A stretch of DNA of 64,000 nucleotides from Octopus sinensis (GCF_006345805.1 NC_043026.1:14673579-14737578), one strand, 5' to 3'. Numbered from the stretch's first letter, positions 14,531 to 27,758 are shown. Numbers and translations are program-made. The notes: a model not told the origin generated them from the sequence alone.

Positions 14531-15000
14531 ATGTGTCACACCATCTTAAAAATTCGTGTATTGCGTTCTTTTACACAGATTAGGAAAAACAAGAGAATAT
14601 TCTTAAATAAAAGAATTTATAAAGATGAAGTAGATTTCTTTAGTATTGAATGTAAAGGACCAAGGTTTGTTGGAAGCCCCACGAGGGCAATAGGGAAGGA
14701 ATTGTATGTTGAAGGGTTGTTTATGGTGAATCGAGACTGCTTCCCGGTTGCTCGTTTACAAACAGATGACTGTCCTGTTCAAGTAAAAGATTTTGATGTT
14801 TCTGAGGAAGGAAAGACAGTTGTGTGTGAAAAAGCCAATAATGGAAATGTTAAAATATTCTATGAAGACGGCCAGTTGCTATGTCACAGAAATGTTGCAA
14901 GTTTAGTTGGTGGTGTGTGTTTTACACAAGAATCACACATAATGGCCACGGTTCCTAAAAGGAAAGAAATATTTCAACTGAATGGAGAAGATTTGCAGAC
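14531..15000 (+). pseudogene. Coding-like fragment resembling NHL/beta-propeller blades
   Basis: DFDVSEEGKTVVCEKANNGNVKIFYEDGQLL...GGVCFTQESHIMATVP has blade-like periodicity; it runs into a SINE fragment and downstream frames contain stops. Confidence 0.35.
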
Positions 15001-15045
15001 CATGTGGTTGGGAAGCAAACTTCTTAAAACACAGCCACGTCTGCG

Positions 15046-15088
<43 letters not shown>

Positions 15089-15202
15089 AAAGCAATTAAG
15101 ATTCAAGTCAATTCTAATGAATTTACTTGAATGTGGTACTTAACTTAGATGCACCAGAAAACTATATGGTGTTAACCATACAGTAATGTGGGGTGATTAT
15201 AA

Positions 15203-17226
15203 ACGAGAAAGAAGCAACAAAGACAGGCTTTATTAAAAGTTGCAAAAATTGCAGCAGATAAAAGTGTCCCGTACTCATCAGCTAAAATACATATGAGTTC
15301 TCCAAACATCTTAGTGGGTGAGGCTATACTCATGAAGTATTGGAGATAATTTCATTAAAAGCAGATTTAGGTTGTAAACAGATTTCCGAAGTTCCTTAAT
15401 GATGATGCACAGTCTTATCACAGGTTTTTAAAAAAAGCTTATTAGCTTCACAGAGAAGGTGAATTAATCCGTAGTGTAGATGTAAATTTCCAAGATATGA
15501 GGAGGAATTTCATACTCACAGACGATGAATTTATCCATGGTTAATCCACAATGAGGTGGGTATCATTTCATGCTATATGATAAGGTATTTGCCACATTAC
15601 TGTTCTTTTCACAAGACTGCTAAGTTATGACTTCTAAAGGCTGAAGGAATTTTTGTGGAGCAAAGAAAAGAAAGAAAGGAAAAGAGAAGAAAAGAGACAA
15701 GGAAAGGAAAAAGAAAAAAGAAAGAAAGAAAAAGGAAAAAGAAAAAAGAAAAAAGGAAAAAGGAAAAGAAAAAAGAAAAAAGAAAAAAGAAGAAAAAGAA
15801 AAAGAAAAAAAGGGGAAAGAAAAAAGGGAAAGAAGGGAGAAAAGAAAAAACGCCCACATAGAGTATACTGTGACAACTTGGAGGGAAGGGGGTTCTAAAG
15901 TGACATACTACACAGAAGAATTTGTAGACGGCCTGGCTGGCTTGAATTTGCAAGAATCCAGGAACTATAAGGAGAATATTATTTTTGACCAGTAAAACAG
16001 CTATTTATTGCCAACCTGACGTAGTTGAAAGCAGATATGAATCTAAAGAGAATCTAAAGAGATAACAAGGTCAGGGGTAGAGGGGTCAAAGGCTATCATC
16101 AAAAGGAAATACATTAAGAGAAAAAATCTAAGTGCAACCCTAACAAGAGGTCATTTAAATTTATTTATTTATTTATTTATTCCTGTTACTGTCTTAAATT
16201 GTTGCCGTTACTATCTATACATTGACAGACTACAGGTCAAAACTTAGAAGATTAGTTTACAAGGTGTGATGGAATTGTCTATTATTTTGAAATTTCTCAT
16301 ACTACTTTTCAAGGGAGTAGCCTTACTTATTTAATTTTGTAAAAGAATTATGAAGCCTAAGTAACTTATTTTATTTTCTCCTTATAGTTCCTGGATTCTT
16401 GCAAATTCAAGCCAGCCAGGCAGTCTACAAATTCTTCTGTGTAGTATGTCACTTTAGAACCCCCTTCCCTCCAAGTTGTCACAGTATACTCTATGTGGGC
16501 GTTTTTTCTTTTCTCCCTTCTTTCCCATTTTCCTTTCCCTTTTTTTCTTTTTCTTTTTCTTCTTTCTTCTTTTTTCTTTTTTTCTTTTTTCTTTTCTTCT
16601 CCCCTTTTTTCTTTCTTCTTTTCCTTTTTTCTTTTCCTTTTTTCTTTTTTCTTTTTCCTTTTTCTTTCTTCTTTTTTCTTTTTCCCTTTCCTTGTCTCTT
16701 TTCTTCTCTTTCCTTTCTTTTCTTTTCTTTGCTCCACAAAAATTCCTTCAGCCTTTAGAAGTCATAACTTAGCAGTCTTGTGAAAAGAACAGTAATGTGG
16801 CAAATACCTTATCATATAGCATGAAATGATACCCACCTCATTGTGGATTAACCATGGATAAATTCATCGTCTGTGAGTATGAAATTCCTCCTCATATCTC
16901 TGGAAATTTACATCTACACTACGGATTAATTCACCTTCTCTGTGAAGCTAATAAGCTTTTTTTAAAAACCTGTGATAAGACTGTGCATCATCATTAAGGA
17001 ACTTCGGAAATCTGTTTACAACCTAAATCTGCTTTTAATGAAATTATCTCCAATACTTCATGAGTATAGCCTCACCCACTAAGATGTTTGGAGAACTCAT
17101 ATGTATTTTAGCTGATGAGTACGGAACACCTTTATCTGCTGCAATTTTTGCAACTTTTAATAAAGCCTGTCTTTGTATGAAACAATTGTACTAAAAACTA
17201 ATCCATTCTTGTTGCTTCTTTCTCGT
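15203..17226. repeat. Large inverted repeat: arms ~15203-15976 and ~16376-17226, 400-bp spacer
   Basis: The arms are reverse complements, including the purine tract; the ORF track shows mirror-image K/E-rich and F-rich ORFs. Confidence 0.95.
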
Positions 17227-17299
17227 ATATATTATATATATATATATATATATAATATATATATATTTATATATATATATATTATATATATATATATAT

Positions 17300-17330
<31 letters not shown>

Positions 17331-17384
17331 CACATATATATATATCTTTATATATATATATATATATAATATTATATATATATA

Positions 17385-17426
<42 letters not shown>

Positions 17427-17442
17427 TATAATATATATATAT

Positions 17443-17490
<48 letters not shown>

Positions 17491-17661
17491 TACCTATTAT
17501 ATACATTATATTATTTTTGTAATTTACTTAATCTTACTTTTTAATTGTCATTTTAATTTTAACTTTTCTATGATATGCAATTTTCTACATGGTGTAATTT
17601 AATTGTTCATTTTGAATTGATAAAAGGTGTTTTTTTTCTAATATTTTATGTATATGTATGA

Positions 17662-17694
<33 letters not shown>

Positions 17695-18228
17695 GTGGTA
17701 TAAATATGAACATATTTTTTCTCTTTCCTCCTCCTTTTTTCCCTCCTCTCTTCCCTTCTCCAAACTCACAGACACACACACACGCACACAGACACAGACA
17801 CACACACCTCCACAAAACGATCATAAAAAGAATTCTTCTTCTCTAAACCCAAAAAACCATTTGACCATCCCTCATTAAACACACGCACACATACACACAC
17901 ACACACACACGCGCACACACGCACGCACACACACACACACACACATACACACATGCTCTCTCTCTGACTTTCTCCTCATCCATCACCCTCTTGTACTGTC
18001 TTATATTCCTCCCCACCACTACAAATTCAATACCACTATAAAATGGTCAAAACTCTTCACACAGGAATTTAGTTTGATTTGAAAACCCCTCTAAAATGGG
18101 AGAAAACGCTAATACATGATCTAAGTTATATGATGTATAAAAAATGGAATATACAAATAAATATCTGTAAATATAAACCATCCGATTTTCTGAGTACCTC
18201 ATTTCTTCTTATATAAAGATATATATAG

Positions 18229-18267
<39 letters not shown>

Positions 18268-18774
18268 TTGTTATATTTCGGAATGGTCATATTGCCAGTT
18301 TAGCCAATAAAAACACACGCACTATATATTTGGTGTTATTTTGCTTCAGTGTTATTTATTTTTTACATTAATCTTAATCTTATTTCGGCCAGAGTTCTTT
18401 CGTCACACTCCTGTGACCGCATCAGTGGTCCTTTCTTATTTGTGTCTCGCCTTACTAACCGTCAGCCATTTTGTATTTCTATTGTATGTCTTCAGTTGCG
18501 CATGCTTATATCTCTATGTGCGTTTATGTTTATTTAGTGTGTGTATGTGGGGGGATGCCTGTAATATTTGTATCTTCTGTTTATATATGTTCATGTAATT
18601 TGTATTTTGTTTTTGTTGTTTTTGTTTATTCTTATTTTGTTCATGTGTTTACATCCACTTATTATTATCATTACATATGCTTGTATGTATAACAACAATA
18701 CTAGTAATAACAATAATAAATCGAATCGAAAAAAAACATATATAAATTTTTAAAAATTAATAATAAAAAAATAT

Positions 18775-18820
<46 letters not shown>

Positions 18821-20023
18821 ATATAGTTATTTATTTCTATTAGTTTATTTATCTGTGTATTTATTATGTTTTCGGGATCTTCTATCGTCATATGTTGTGG
18901 TGTGTGTTAGTGATCCATTCTAGTTTTCTATTCAGGCTAGGTTTATTTTCTATTATGTATGTAGCTTCTGTAATTTGTCTAATTGTTGCATCTGAGAACT
19001 GCATGCGGTGAATGAAATATTGTATGTGTCTCTTTAACTCTGTAGGCTCGCACATGCGTGACACATTTCTCATTATTCTGACGAGGTCTGCCATCAAAAT
19101 ATTGAATTTGGCATTGTCCGCAATGGCTGAGTTCCGGTGGATCAAGTATTTTGAGGCCATAGGTTTGGCATAGTATGAATGGAGGATTTGGGTTTTATTA
19201 TTCACAATTTCTAGCCAGAGTTCGGTGTCTAGTAGTGGTTACAGCCACAAAGAAAGGATCAGAGTATACATTAAGAAATTTAATAATATATTATGTAATG
19301 ATAGGAATGGGATTTGCCCACTCTATAGGAACAAGTCATGGAACACTATAGAAAGGACAAAAAAGAAAATAGGGAAGGCCAACTCTTGGTAAAATAGCCA
19401 TAAATACCAGAGTGTCATGTTCGTTGACACCACCCATGGAGGTAAACTGGCGTACCGCTTTAGAAGGACCCTAGACAAACTTAAGCTAAGAATTAAGGTT
19501 GTAGAAAAGCCAGGCAACCCTATCAAATCTATAATTGGTAGAACCTATCCTTTTAGTAGAACCCCCTGTACGGATAAGTACTGTACTGTATGTAGATTTA
19601 GCCCACAAACAAACTGTAAAGCCAGAAATGTAGTCTATAGTATAAGATGTATAGAGGGACGATGCAGTAACAAGACGAAGACAACGACATACGTTGGGGA
19701 AACGGCAAGAAGCATAGGAGAGCGGGTAAATGAGCATTGGAGACAACTCAAGGAAGGTAAAAGCTCATCGATTCTGTACCAACACGCCGAACAGGAACAC
19801 GGGGAGTCAATCAATAACATAGAAATTAAAATATTATCCACACATAGATCAGATGCAACAATTCGACAAATTACAGAAGCTACACACATAATAGAAAATA
19901 AACCTAGCCTGAATAGAAAACTAGAATGGAGCACTAACACACACCACAACATATGACGATAGAGGATCCTGAAAACATAATAAATACACAGATAAATAAA
20001 CTAATAAGAAATAAATAACTATA

Positions 20024-20024
<1 letters not shown>
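18821..20024 (+). mobile_element. Rearranged Penelope-like element: GIY-YIG endonuclease, RT thumb and inverted terminal segment
   Basis: ORF 19417-19956 has a Cys-rich linker (CTDKYCTVC) and NVVYSIRC...YVGETARSIGERVNEH...RQITEATHI; the thumb segment 18996-19205 is on the minus strand; ~175-bp inverted arms. Confidence 0.9.
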
Positions 20025-20082
<58 letters not shown>

Positions 20083-21076
20083 CACAATATTCGACAGAGT
20101 AACAGTCATATATACAACTTGAACAGACACACGTATCAGCACATAAACATATGTTTACATATACATAAACATATACATACATGCAGACACGTCTACACAC
20201 ATACGTAAATACTCACATACGAACATACATACATACAGATTTGGCTGCTATTTTTGGCACGTCCCGTTACTACGCAACATCAATATGTGATGCAAGACCG
20301 ACATACCTCTTACGTGGTAGCACAGCATGCGAAAATAGATGCCAAATCTTTCCTTTTCTGGGGGAAAGGAGTCGTTTGCGCGTGGTTTCAATGTCATTCG
20401 TTGAAAGCATGCGAAATAACTTGGAAAAGAAAAAAAACTCACGAAACAAAACTCCGTTGCTGTAACACTGAGCTTCCCGGTGACCCACGGGTAGTCTAGT
20501 ATTTATATAAGCACAACTCTGTAACGTGACACACATAAAGAAATAAATCATGTAACGATGGAAACGAATTCACGAAAAGAAAAATAAACAGTTCAATATG
20601 TTTGTTTAAATACGGTTGTAGAAGTAAAAACAGTCCGAAAGGAAAGATTACCCAAAAAGGGGACAACATTGAATTTAATGATGACAAAACTTTGCCGAAA
20701 ATTTGAAAGAATTTCAAAAAGTTTTCTCATTTTCGTCAGAGTTTGCAGTTTTCAAGTTCTCTTACCTCTTCCCTACCTTTCCCGCCTCCTCTCAATCTCT
20801 CCCTCAATATATTTCATCCCGCTCAATGACTACTTTGCAAGGGCTCGATTGCATGACTTGAGAAGGATTCCAGGAATCCATTGGGGCAAGCAGTCGAGTC
20901 TGCTTCTACGACATCTATTGCCAGTGTTACATCCTCTTCTTTCAATAGTTACTCTTCCCTACCTTTCCCACCCCACCCCCTCTCAATTTCTCTCTCTCTC
21001 CCTCTCTCTCTCCCTCAATATATTTAATCCCGCTCAATGAATACATCATGGACATTATATCACAATATCCTATGTT

Positions 21077-21398
21077 TTATGTCCACCGTTCCTTTCCAAT
21101 ACACTGACCCTTTCCTGCCCACCATTCCCATACGTTTTCATACCATGTCGGCTTGTAATAATCGGCAGCGTGTAGCATCGCACAAACACGACACCAAAGT
21201 TTGGTATCAAAGAAATATCCTGTTCCTTTCCATTTGAAATACTCATTAAAAAGAGTATCATTTTTATCAAGTTTATGCAGATAATCTGCCAATTCTTTCG
21301 GGGATTTGAAATCTTCGTAGTGGATGTATGAATTCTCGGGTGCTACTTTACGAAAGTCGTCGGGACGGGCACCCATTACAATTGGAATAACATTATAT
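21077..21398 (-). CDS. GT10 alpha-1,3-fucosyltransferase, last coding exon
   Basis: ttgcAG acceptor; phase matches the upstream exon (GLK|YNVIPIVMGARPDDF); SPKELADYL, YNEYF-like FNEYFKWK, WCRVCAMLH, WWAGKGQC are FucTA-type motifs; stop TAA. Intron is ~12.3 kb. Confidence 0.93.
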
Positions 21399-21720
21399 CT
21401 GCAATAGACAAAAGAAAAAAATAAACGAAAATACAGCTGCCATAAATAATATTGGAATGAGAAATAATGATTCATGCGAGCAAATTATAGATAAATCATA
21501 TATAACGATATCATATAAAGTATCTATCTATCTACATATATATATATACTTTATTTAAAAGCAGCAGAAGTTCAACAAAACCTGTTACTCGGAGTTTCAC
21601 GTTCCTTCCGAGTAACAGGTTTTGTTGAATTTCTGCTGCTTTTAAATAAAGCATATTACTCTACCCCTGGTATTTGAGTACTCTTTTTTCCACTTTGCTT
21701 CACATTTATGTGTTTACTCC

Positions 21721-21772
<52 letters not shown>

Positions 21773-21850
21773 ATATATATGCATATATATTATATGTATA
21801 TATATATATGTATAATATATATATGTATATATATTATATATATATAATAT

Positions 21851-21882
<32 letters not shown>

Positions 21883-21899
21883 CTATATATGCATATATA

Positions 21900-22630
21900 T
21901 CTCTTATTATAAAAGGCAGATTTTATCTGCCTCCCTTTGTCAGTTATAGAAATCTACAATATAGGATTTCTTCAATTACAATTTACCTAGCATTTTAAAG
22001 AGTAGAATGCATCGGGTCATGCCAGGTCCAGTATTTCAAATTTCAACTCCAATTAAGCAAAATTTACAGAAAACTCACATTCTGGTGTGTATGTCAAATG
22101 CTTTTCTTAGTGTGGGTTAAAGCACACGCATACGCAAACACACACAAACGGAGCGAACCGTTTCACTGACGCTATCACCCTAATTTCTCCTTTCTCTTTG
22201 CAAGTCTACCTTACAACACTACTCAAAAAAAAAGAAAGCAGCAAACAGAAACAAATAAATACATAATGATTTACTCCTCACACAATTTCTTCAATTAGAC
22301 TTTACCTATGATTTTTCAAAGAACTTCCATTGGTTCATGCCATACAAAATTTCTTTCAATTTCACCCCCAATTAAGACAAAATTCGAGAAAACTCAATAT
22401 TTCAACATTTCACTTTGAAGCCTTTACTCTGCCTATTACTCCCACTTCCTCTTTAGACACATAGACACGCTAATATATACGACAGTGTCAATTGTTGACA
22501 GACATTGTAAGCTAACGTGTGTGTGTGTGTGTGTGTGCGTGTGTGTCTGTGTGTGTGTGTGTGCGTGTGTGTCTGTGTGTGTGTGTGTGCGTGTGTGTCT
22601 GTGTGTGTGTGTGTGCGTGTGTGTGAGGGT

Positions 22631-22664
<34 letters not shown>

Positions 22665-23705
22665 CAGGGACGACCCATTCAGACTGGTCATCCTTTTTGC
22701 TAGAAGATCACCTATGCTACACCACTGGTTTTCAGTTCATATTAATCAAATTAATATTCACAAGAAGGACTATTCATTATAATACATCAGTTCCATCGGA
22801 CAACTGCACAAACATTTGCCATTTTACACATGTATGTAAACAAATTCCTTTCTTTTAGAATTTCTATTCATTTACTTTTTCAATTCATACAAAGTTATTT
22901 AGGACGAATATAACATCTAAAGTTATCTCTAAGAAGCAGAAAGATCGCCCAAAAGTGTATATAGATATTTAAATGTATTTATATATTCATCTATACACAC
23001 ATGTATGTATAACGTGTGTGTATATATTTCCATAGAGGTAACCATTCACTCCGCACAAAGTTTTTTAGGACGAAAATAACATCTAAAGTTATCTCTAAGT
23101 AGCAGTCGCCCAAAAGTGTATATAGACACACACATGTATGTATAATGTGTGTGTATATTTCCATAGAGGTAACCATTCACTCCATACAAAGTTATTTAGG
23201 ACGAATATAAGATCTAAAGTTATCTCTAAGAAACAGAAAGATCGCCCAAAAGTGTATATAGATATTTAAATGTATTTATATTTTCATCTATACACACATG
23301 TATGTATAATGTGTGTGTATATATTTCCATAGAGGTAACCATTCACTCCATACAAAGTTATTTAGGACGAAAATAAGATCTAAAGTTATCTCTAAGAAAC
23401 AGAAAGATCGCCCAAAAGTGTATATAGATATTTAAATGTATTTATATTTTCATCTATGTACACATGTATGTATAACGTGTGTGTATATATTTCCATAGAG
23501 GTAACCATTCACTCCGCACAAAGTTTTTTAGGACGAAAATAACATCTAAAGTTATCTCTAAGAAGCAGAAAGATCGTCCAAAAGTGTATATAGATATTTA
23601 AATGTATTTATATATTCATCTATACACACATGTATGTATAATGTGTGTGTATATATTTCCATAGAGGTAACCATTCAATCCATACAAAGTTTTTTAGGAC
23701 GAAAA
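21900..23705 (+). mobile_element. Helitron-like element (family A 5' end) carrying a 166-bp satellite
   Basis: Starts TCtcttattataaaaggcag; its first ~530 bp recur at 24542; no 3' end of its own before the next element. Confidence 0.7.
22885..23705 (+). repeat. 166-bp tandem satellite, about 5 units
   Basis: ggacg marker at 22902, 23068, 23199 (shortened unit), 23365, 23531, 23697. Confidence 0.93.
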
Positions 23706-24541
23706 TCTTTATATATAAAAGAAAGGTTGTGTGTCTGTCTACTCCGATTTAGATTCCTAACTACTCCCACATTTTGCGATGCAGTTTAACTAAAACCGAG
23801 TATCTTATAGTCGTGATTCATATCGAGCCCTTCTGGGTATTAGCGCGCGTCTACGATGAGTCTACAATTTTACAAATAATTTACCATCATTTTTTCCCAT
23901 TTTAATGCATTTTTTAAAATTAAGGGAAGTAACTCTCAAACTTCACACCAATATGCGTGCTCATATGCGACGTAATATCACATCAGCAGCATTTCCTCAC
24001 ACCCTCATTGCACTTGGAGAAGGCAAAATACCAGGGGATGAAAATGGTAATATTGCCATCGATTCCATTTGTACCATTGTTAAGACGCCTTCTGATGCAG
24101 TGTTCCAAGATCTACAAGCTAATTATCAGAATATGGATTGGATTGGCAAAAAGGCTATACTGGCCCCGAGGAATAAAACTGTTCACCATATTAATGATGA
24201 AATGCTAAAACTCATTCCTGGGGAAGTCTATGTATATCTGTCTATCGATACAACTCCTGACCCAGAGGACGTCATCAACTATCCAATAGAGGTACTCAAT
24301 TCCTTTGAGCACCCCGGACTACCACCACACATTCTCAAACTTAAAGTTGGTGCCCCTATAATGCTCATCAGAAATTTGGTTCCCCCAAAACAATGCAATG
24401 GCACACGTTTGATCGTTAAGTCCTTATCTCCCAGCGTAAACTTATATCAATATTTGCCTGAATAATCATCATCATTCAGTGCAATCATTAACAGTACTTT
24501 CAAGTAATTCAGCCCCGAGCAACGCCGGGCAATTCTGCTAG
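23706..24541 (+). mobile_element. Helitron deletion derivative with PIF1-type helicase fragment
   Basis: TC start, hairpin+CTAG end; ORF 23905-24465 includes AILAPRNKTV, LKLKVGAPIMLIRNL, CNGTRL. Confidence 0.92.
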
Positions 24542-26204
24542 TCTCTTATTATAAACGGCAGATTTTATCTGCCTCCCTTTGTAACTTATAGAAATCTACA
24601 ATATAGGATTTCTTCAATTACAATTTACCTAGCATTTTTAAGAGTAGAATGCATCGGGTCATGCCAGGTCCAGTTTTTAAAATTTAAACTCCAATTAAGC
24701 AAAATTTACAGAAAACTCACATTCTGGTGTGTATGTCAAATGATTTTCTTAATGTGGTTTACACCACACGCACACGCACACACACAGTGTGCAACGAATA
24801 AAATGAAAGTAAATAGCGACAGAGTGATTTGAGGAAAACTAAACTGAAAGTATTTAAACCACTACTCAAAAAATAAAAAAACACAGCAAACAGAAACAAA
24901 TAAATACATAACGATTTACTCCTCACACAATTTCTTCAATTAGAGTTTACCTAAGATTTTTCAAAGAACTTCCATTCGGTCATGCCATAATATATTTCTT
25001 TCAATTTCACCCCCAATTAAGACAAAATTCGAGAAAACTCAATATTTTAACATTTCACTCCGAAAGCATTGATGTACATGTGTGCGTGCGTGAGTGTGTG
25101 TGTGTGTGTGTGTGTTTGATGGGTTGTGCGACACAGAAAGTGTGGTGTGTAAGTGAAGTGCTTTTGTTAGTGTGTGTAAAGAGACAGACAGAGTGAAAGA
25201 GAGAAATAACTGAACTTTTTTTATTCACTTTTTGTAGTGAGTGACTGAGAGAGAAAAGAGAGAGAGAGGTTATGTATGTATATATGTATGTATGGCTTCA
25301 GTGACACACACACACAAAAACACATACCTACGTACACCTAAAGCACGCACACACACACACACAAGCGGAGCGCGAACTTCAAAATTTTGGTAGTATTAAT
25401 TTGCGAGCATACTTCTAAGCGCGCGTAATTGAAAGTTTTCAATATGATATCATCACGTGCGAAAAAATTCGAAGGGTTTTGAACAATTGAGATACACATG
25501 TCACGCCTGTATTGAAACCATTGCTAAGCTGCCGTAATTGCTTAATTAAGACTTTGTTTAAATTGAAAGGGGCAAATATGTGACGAGGTTGAAAAAAAAT
25601 ACCCCAGAAAAAAAAATGTACTGCTGGTATTTATATAATTCACTACTATTTTGCTACAATGTCATGAAAAAGAAAAAATTTAGGTATGTAAATCGAATTC
25701 GCCACCCCCTTTTCCCCGTTCGCGTTTGTGTAAAAGAAATTATTATTTAAGTTTTAAAAATTATTTACTTTGTTCAAAAAATATTAATATTAATTAATTT
25801 TCAAGAATTATTTAATTTTATTCTGTAAAATAGTAATTAATTCATTTATCTGTAAATCCGCGAGGTTGTTACTCAGGCACCTAGAATGGTAACCTTCAAC
25901 TAACACTATCTCCTCCGAGACCCTGCGGCGCAAGTTGACCAAAATTGAGAGTATGGTAGAAGAAGGGTTGCTCTTCCTTCCGTAGAACATAAAATTCAAA
26001 TCGGACCATGTTAACACCAAAAATTATTTACATCAAAAAGATGCTTTTTTCTATGAAAATCCCTATTTTTTACGATTTTTTCACTGCTGTGTCGCCACTT
26101 TTCGGTGTATTTCGACCAGAAAAATGTTCACAAAATTTTTACTTTTCAAAATTACAATTCCAGCGGGTCGAAACAAACCCGAGCAACGCCGGGCGATACT
26201 GCTA

Positions 26205-26205
<1 letters not shown>
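24542..26205 (+). mobile_element. Non-autonomous Helitron (family A), abutting the previous copy
   Basis: TC immediately follows the previous CTAG; ends cccgagcaacgccgggcgatactgCTAG|T. Confidence 0.85.
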
Positions 26206-26292
<87 letters not shown>

Positions 26293-26294
<2 letters not shown>

Positions 26295-26783
26295 TTATTA
26301 GTCACACAGGGCTGAACACAGACGGGACAATTACAAAGCAGTGCTTTTCTTTTGGGGAGAAAATAAAATGCGGGGTAGATTTTCGATCAATAGGGATCAT
26401 GTAAAAATTTTTTTAAAAGAGTGAAAAAACTACAGAAGGCTTGTGTTATAAGGTTAAAGAATATATTTAAGTCTTTATGTTAGAAAAATGTTATAAAATT
26501 GTATGTATAGTACCAGTTTTTGGAGAAATAACCGGTTTCGTTTTTTCTTTTCAAATTTCCAAAAATTCTTTACCTACATTATGTCATAGCGAAGACATGT
26601 CATGATGTACTTTAAGAAATTTATAGCACAAGCCTTCTGTAGTTTTTTCACTGTTTTTTTTATTTTTTATACATCCAACTACGTGCTTTCACACACAAAC
26701 TCTCTCACCTGTATATATATAAAAAGAAAAGCACTGCTTTGTAATTTGTCCCGTCTGTGTTCAGCCTTGTGTGGCTAATAAAG
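26293..26783. mobile_element. MITE-like element with ~60-bp terminal inverted repeats
   Basis: ctttattagtcacacagggctgaacacagacgggac... pairs with ...gtcccgtctgtgttcagccttgtgtggctaataaag; a second internal IR is present. Confidence 0.8.
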
Positions 26784-26789
26784 AAACAT

Positions 26790-26846
<57 letters not shown>

Positions 26847-27142
26847 ATATATGGTTATCCGTAATAATGAAGGGTGAAATTAATTAATTTGGAAAAATTA
26901 TCAATTACACCAAGTAGTCTTCGGCATGTAAAAGCCTCATTCGAGGAAAATTTAAGTAATACTAAGCAATAAGGGTTTAGCAACGAGTTGCCTTACCACA
27001 TACCGAATTTAGAAATAGCAGTCAAAGGGTTATAGCTATTTCTTCTACTAAAAAGGGAGATCTCAGTAAAAACAGCATTTGGAAGGCACAAACAGGTAAG
27101 AGAGAATGAATTGACTGCAATCTATCATACATTTTTTAGTTA

Positions 27143-27256
27143 TCCACGGACGTACGTTTCGAAATCAAGTTTTAAGGAAAGCATACGAATTAAATATTAA
27201 ATATTAAATAATAAATAATTCTATCTTACCGAAACTTCTTTTCTCTTCAGCGTAGA
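27143..27256 (-). ncRNA. Type I hammerhead ribozyme, copy 1
   Basis: Minus strand: TCTACG-CTGAAGA-GAAA..long loop..TTTC-GAAAC-GTAC-GTC-CGTGGA; 6-bp stem I, G10.1-C11.1 stem II, GUC cleavage triplet. Confidence 0.8.
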
Positions 27257-27758
27257 ATACTATAATCATAAATGATTATATATGAATTTTGAGATACCAG
27301 AAGGCACCAACTCCACTCAGTATCAGAGCGAGCTAGAACCCGCAACTGGTATCACCGAATTCAATTTGTGAATGAAACGATTGTGCCAACAGCCCCTTCC
27401 CACCCGCGTGTAGCCAAAACAAGATGCTATGGTCATCTACTGAGATAAAATATGGTTATCCGTAATAATGAAGGGTGAAATAATTAATTTGAAATTAATT
27501 GAATTTGGAAAAATTATCAATTACACCAAGTAGTCTTCGGCATGTAAAAGCCTCATTCGAGGAAAATTTAAGTAATACTAAGCAATAAGGGTTTAGCAAC
27601 GAGTTGCCTTACCACATACCGAATTTAGAAATAGCAGTCAAAGGGTTATAGCTATTCTTCTACTAAAAAGGGAGATCTCAGTAAAAACAGCATTTGGAAG
27701 GCACAAACAGGTAAGAGAGAATGAATTGACTGCAATCTATCATACATTTTTTTAGTTA

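Noticed and set aside
15609-16783. Lys/Glu-rich and Phe-rich ORFs
   Set aside because: They come from a purine/pyrimidine tract duplicated in the inverted repeat.
20470-20500. Hairpin followed by CTAG, resembling another Helitron 3' end
   Set aside because: No matching 5' TC terminus or second copy was found to define an element.
22885-23705. Regular repeats that might suggest a CRISPR array (also 26851-28805 and 58876-59823)
   Set aside because: No unique spacers, unit lengths are far too long, the context is eukaryotic and no cas genes are present.
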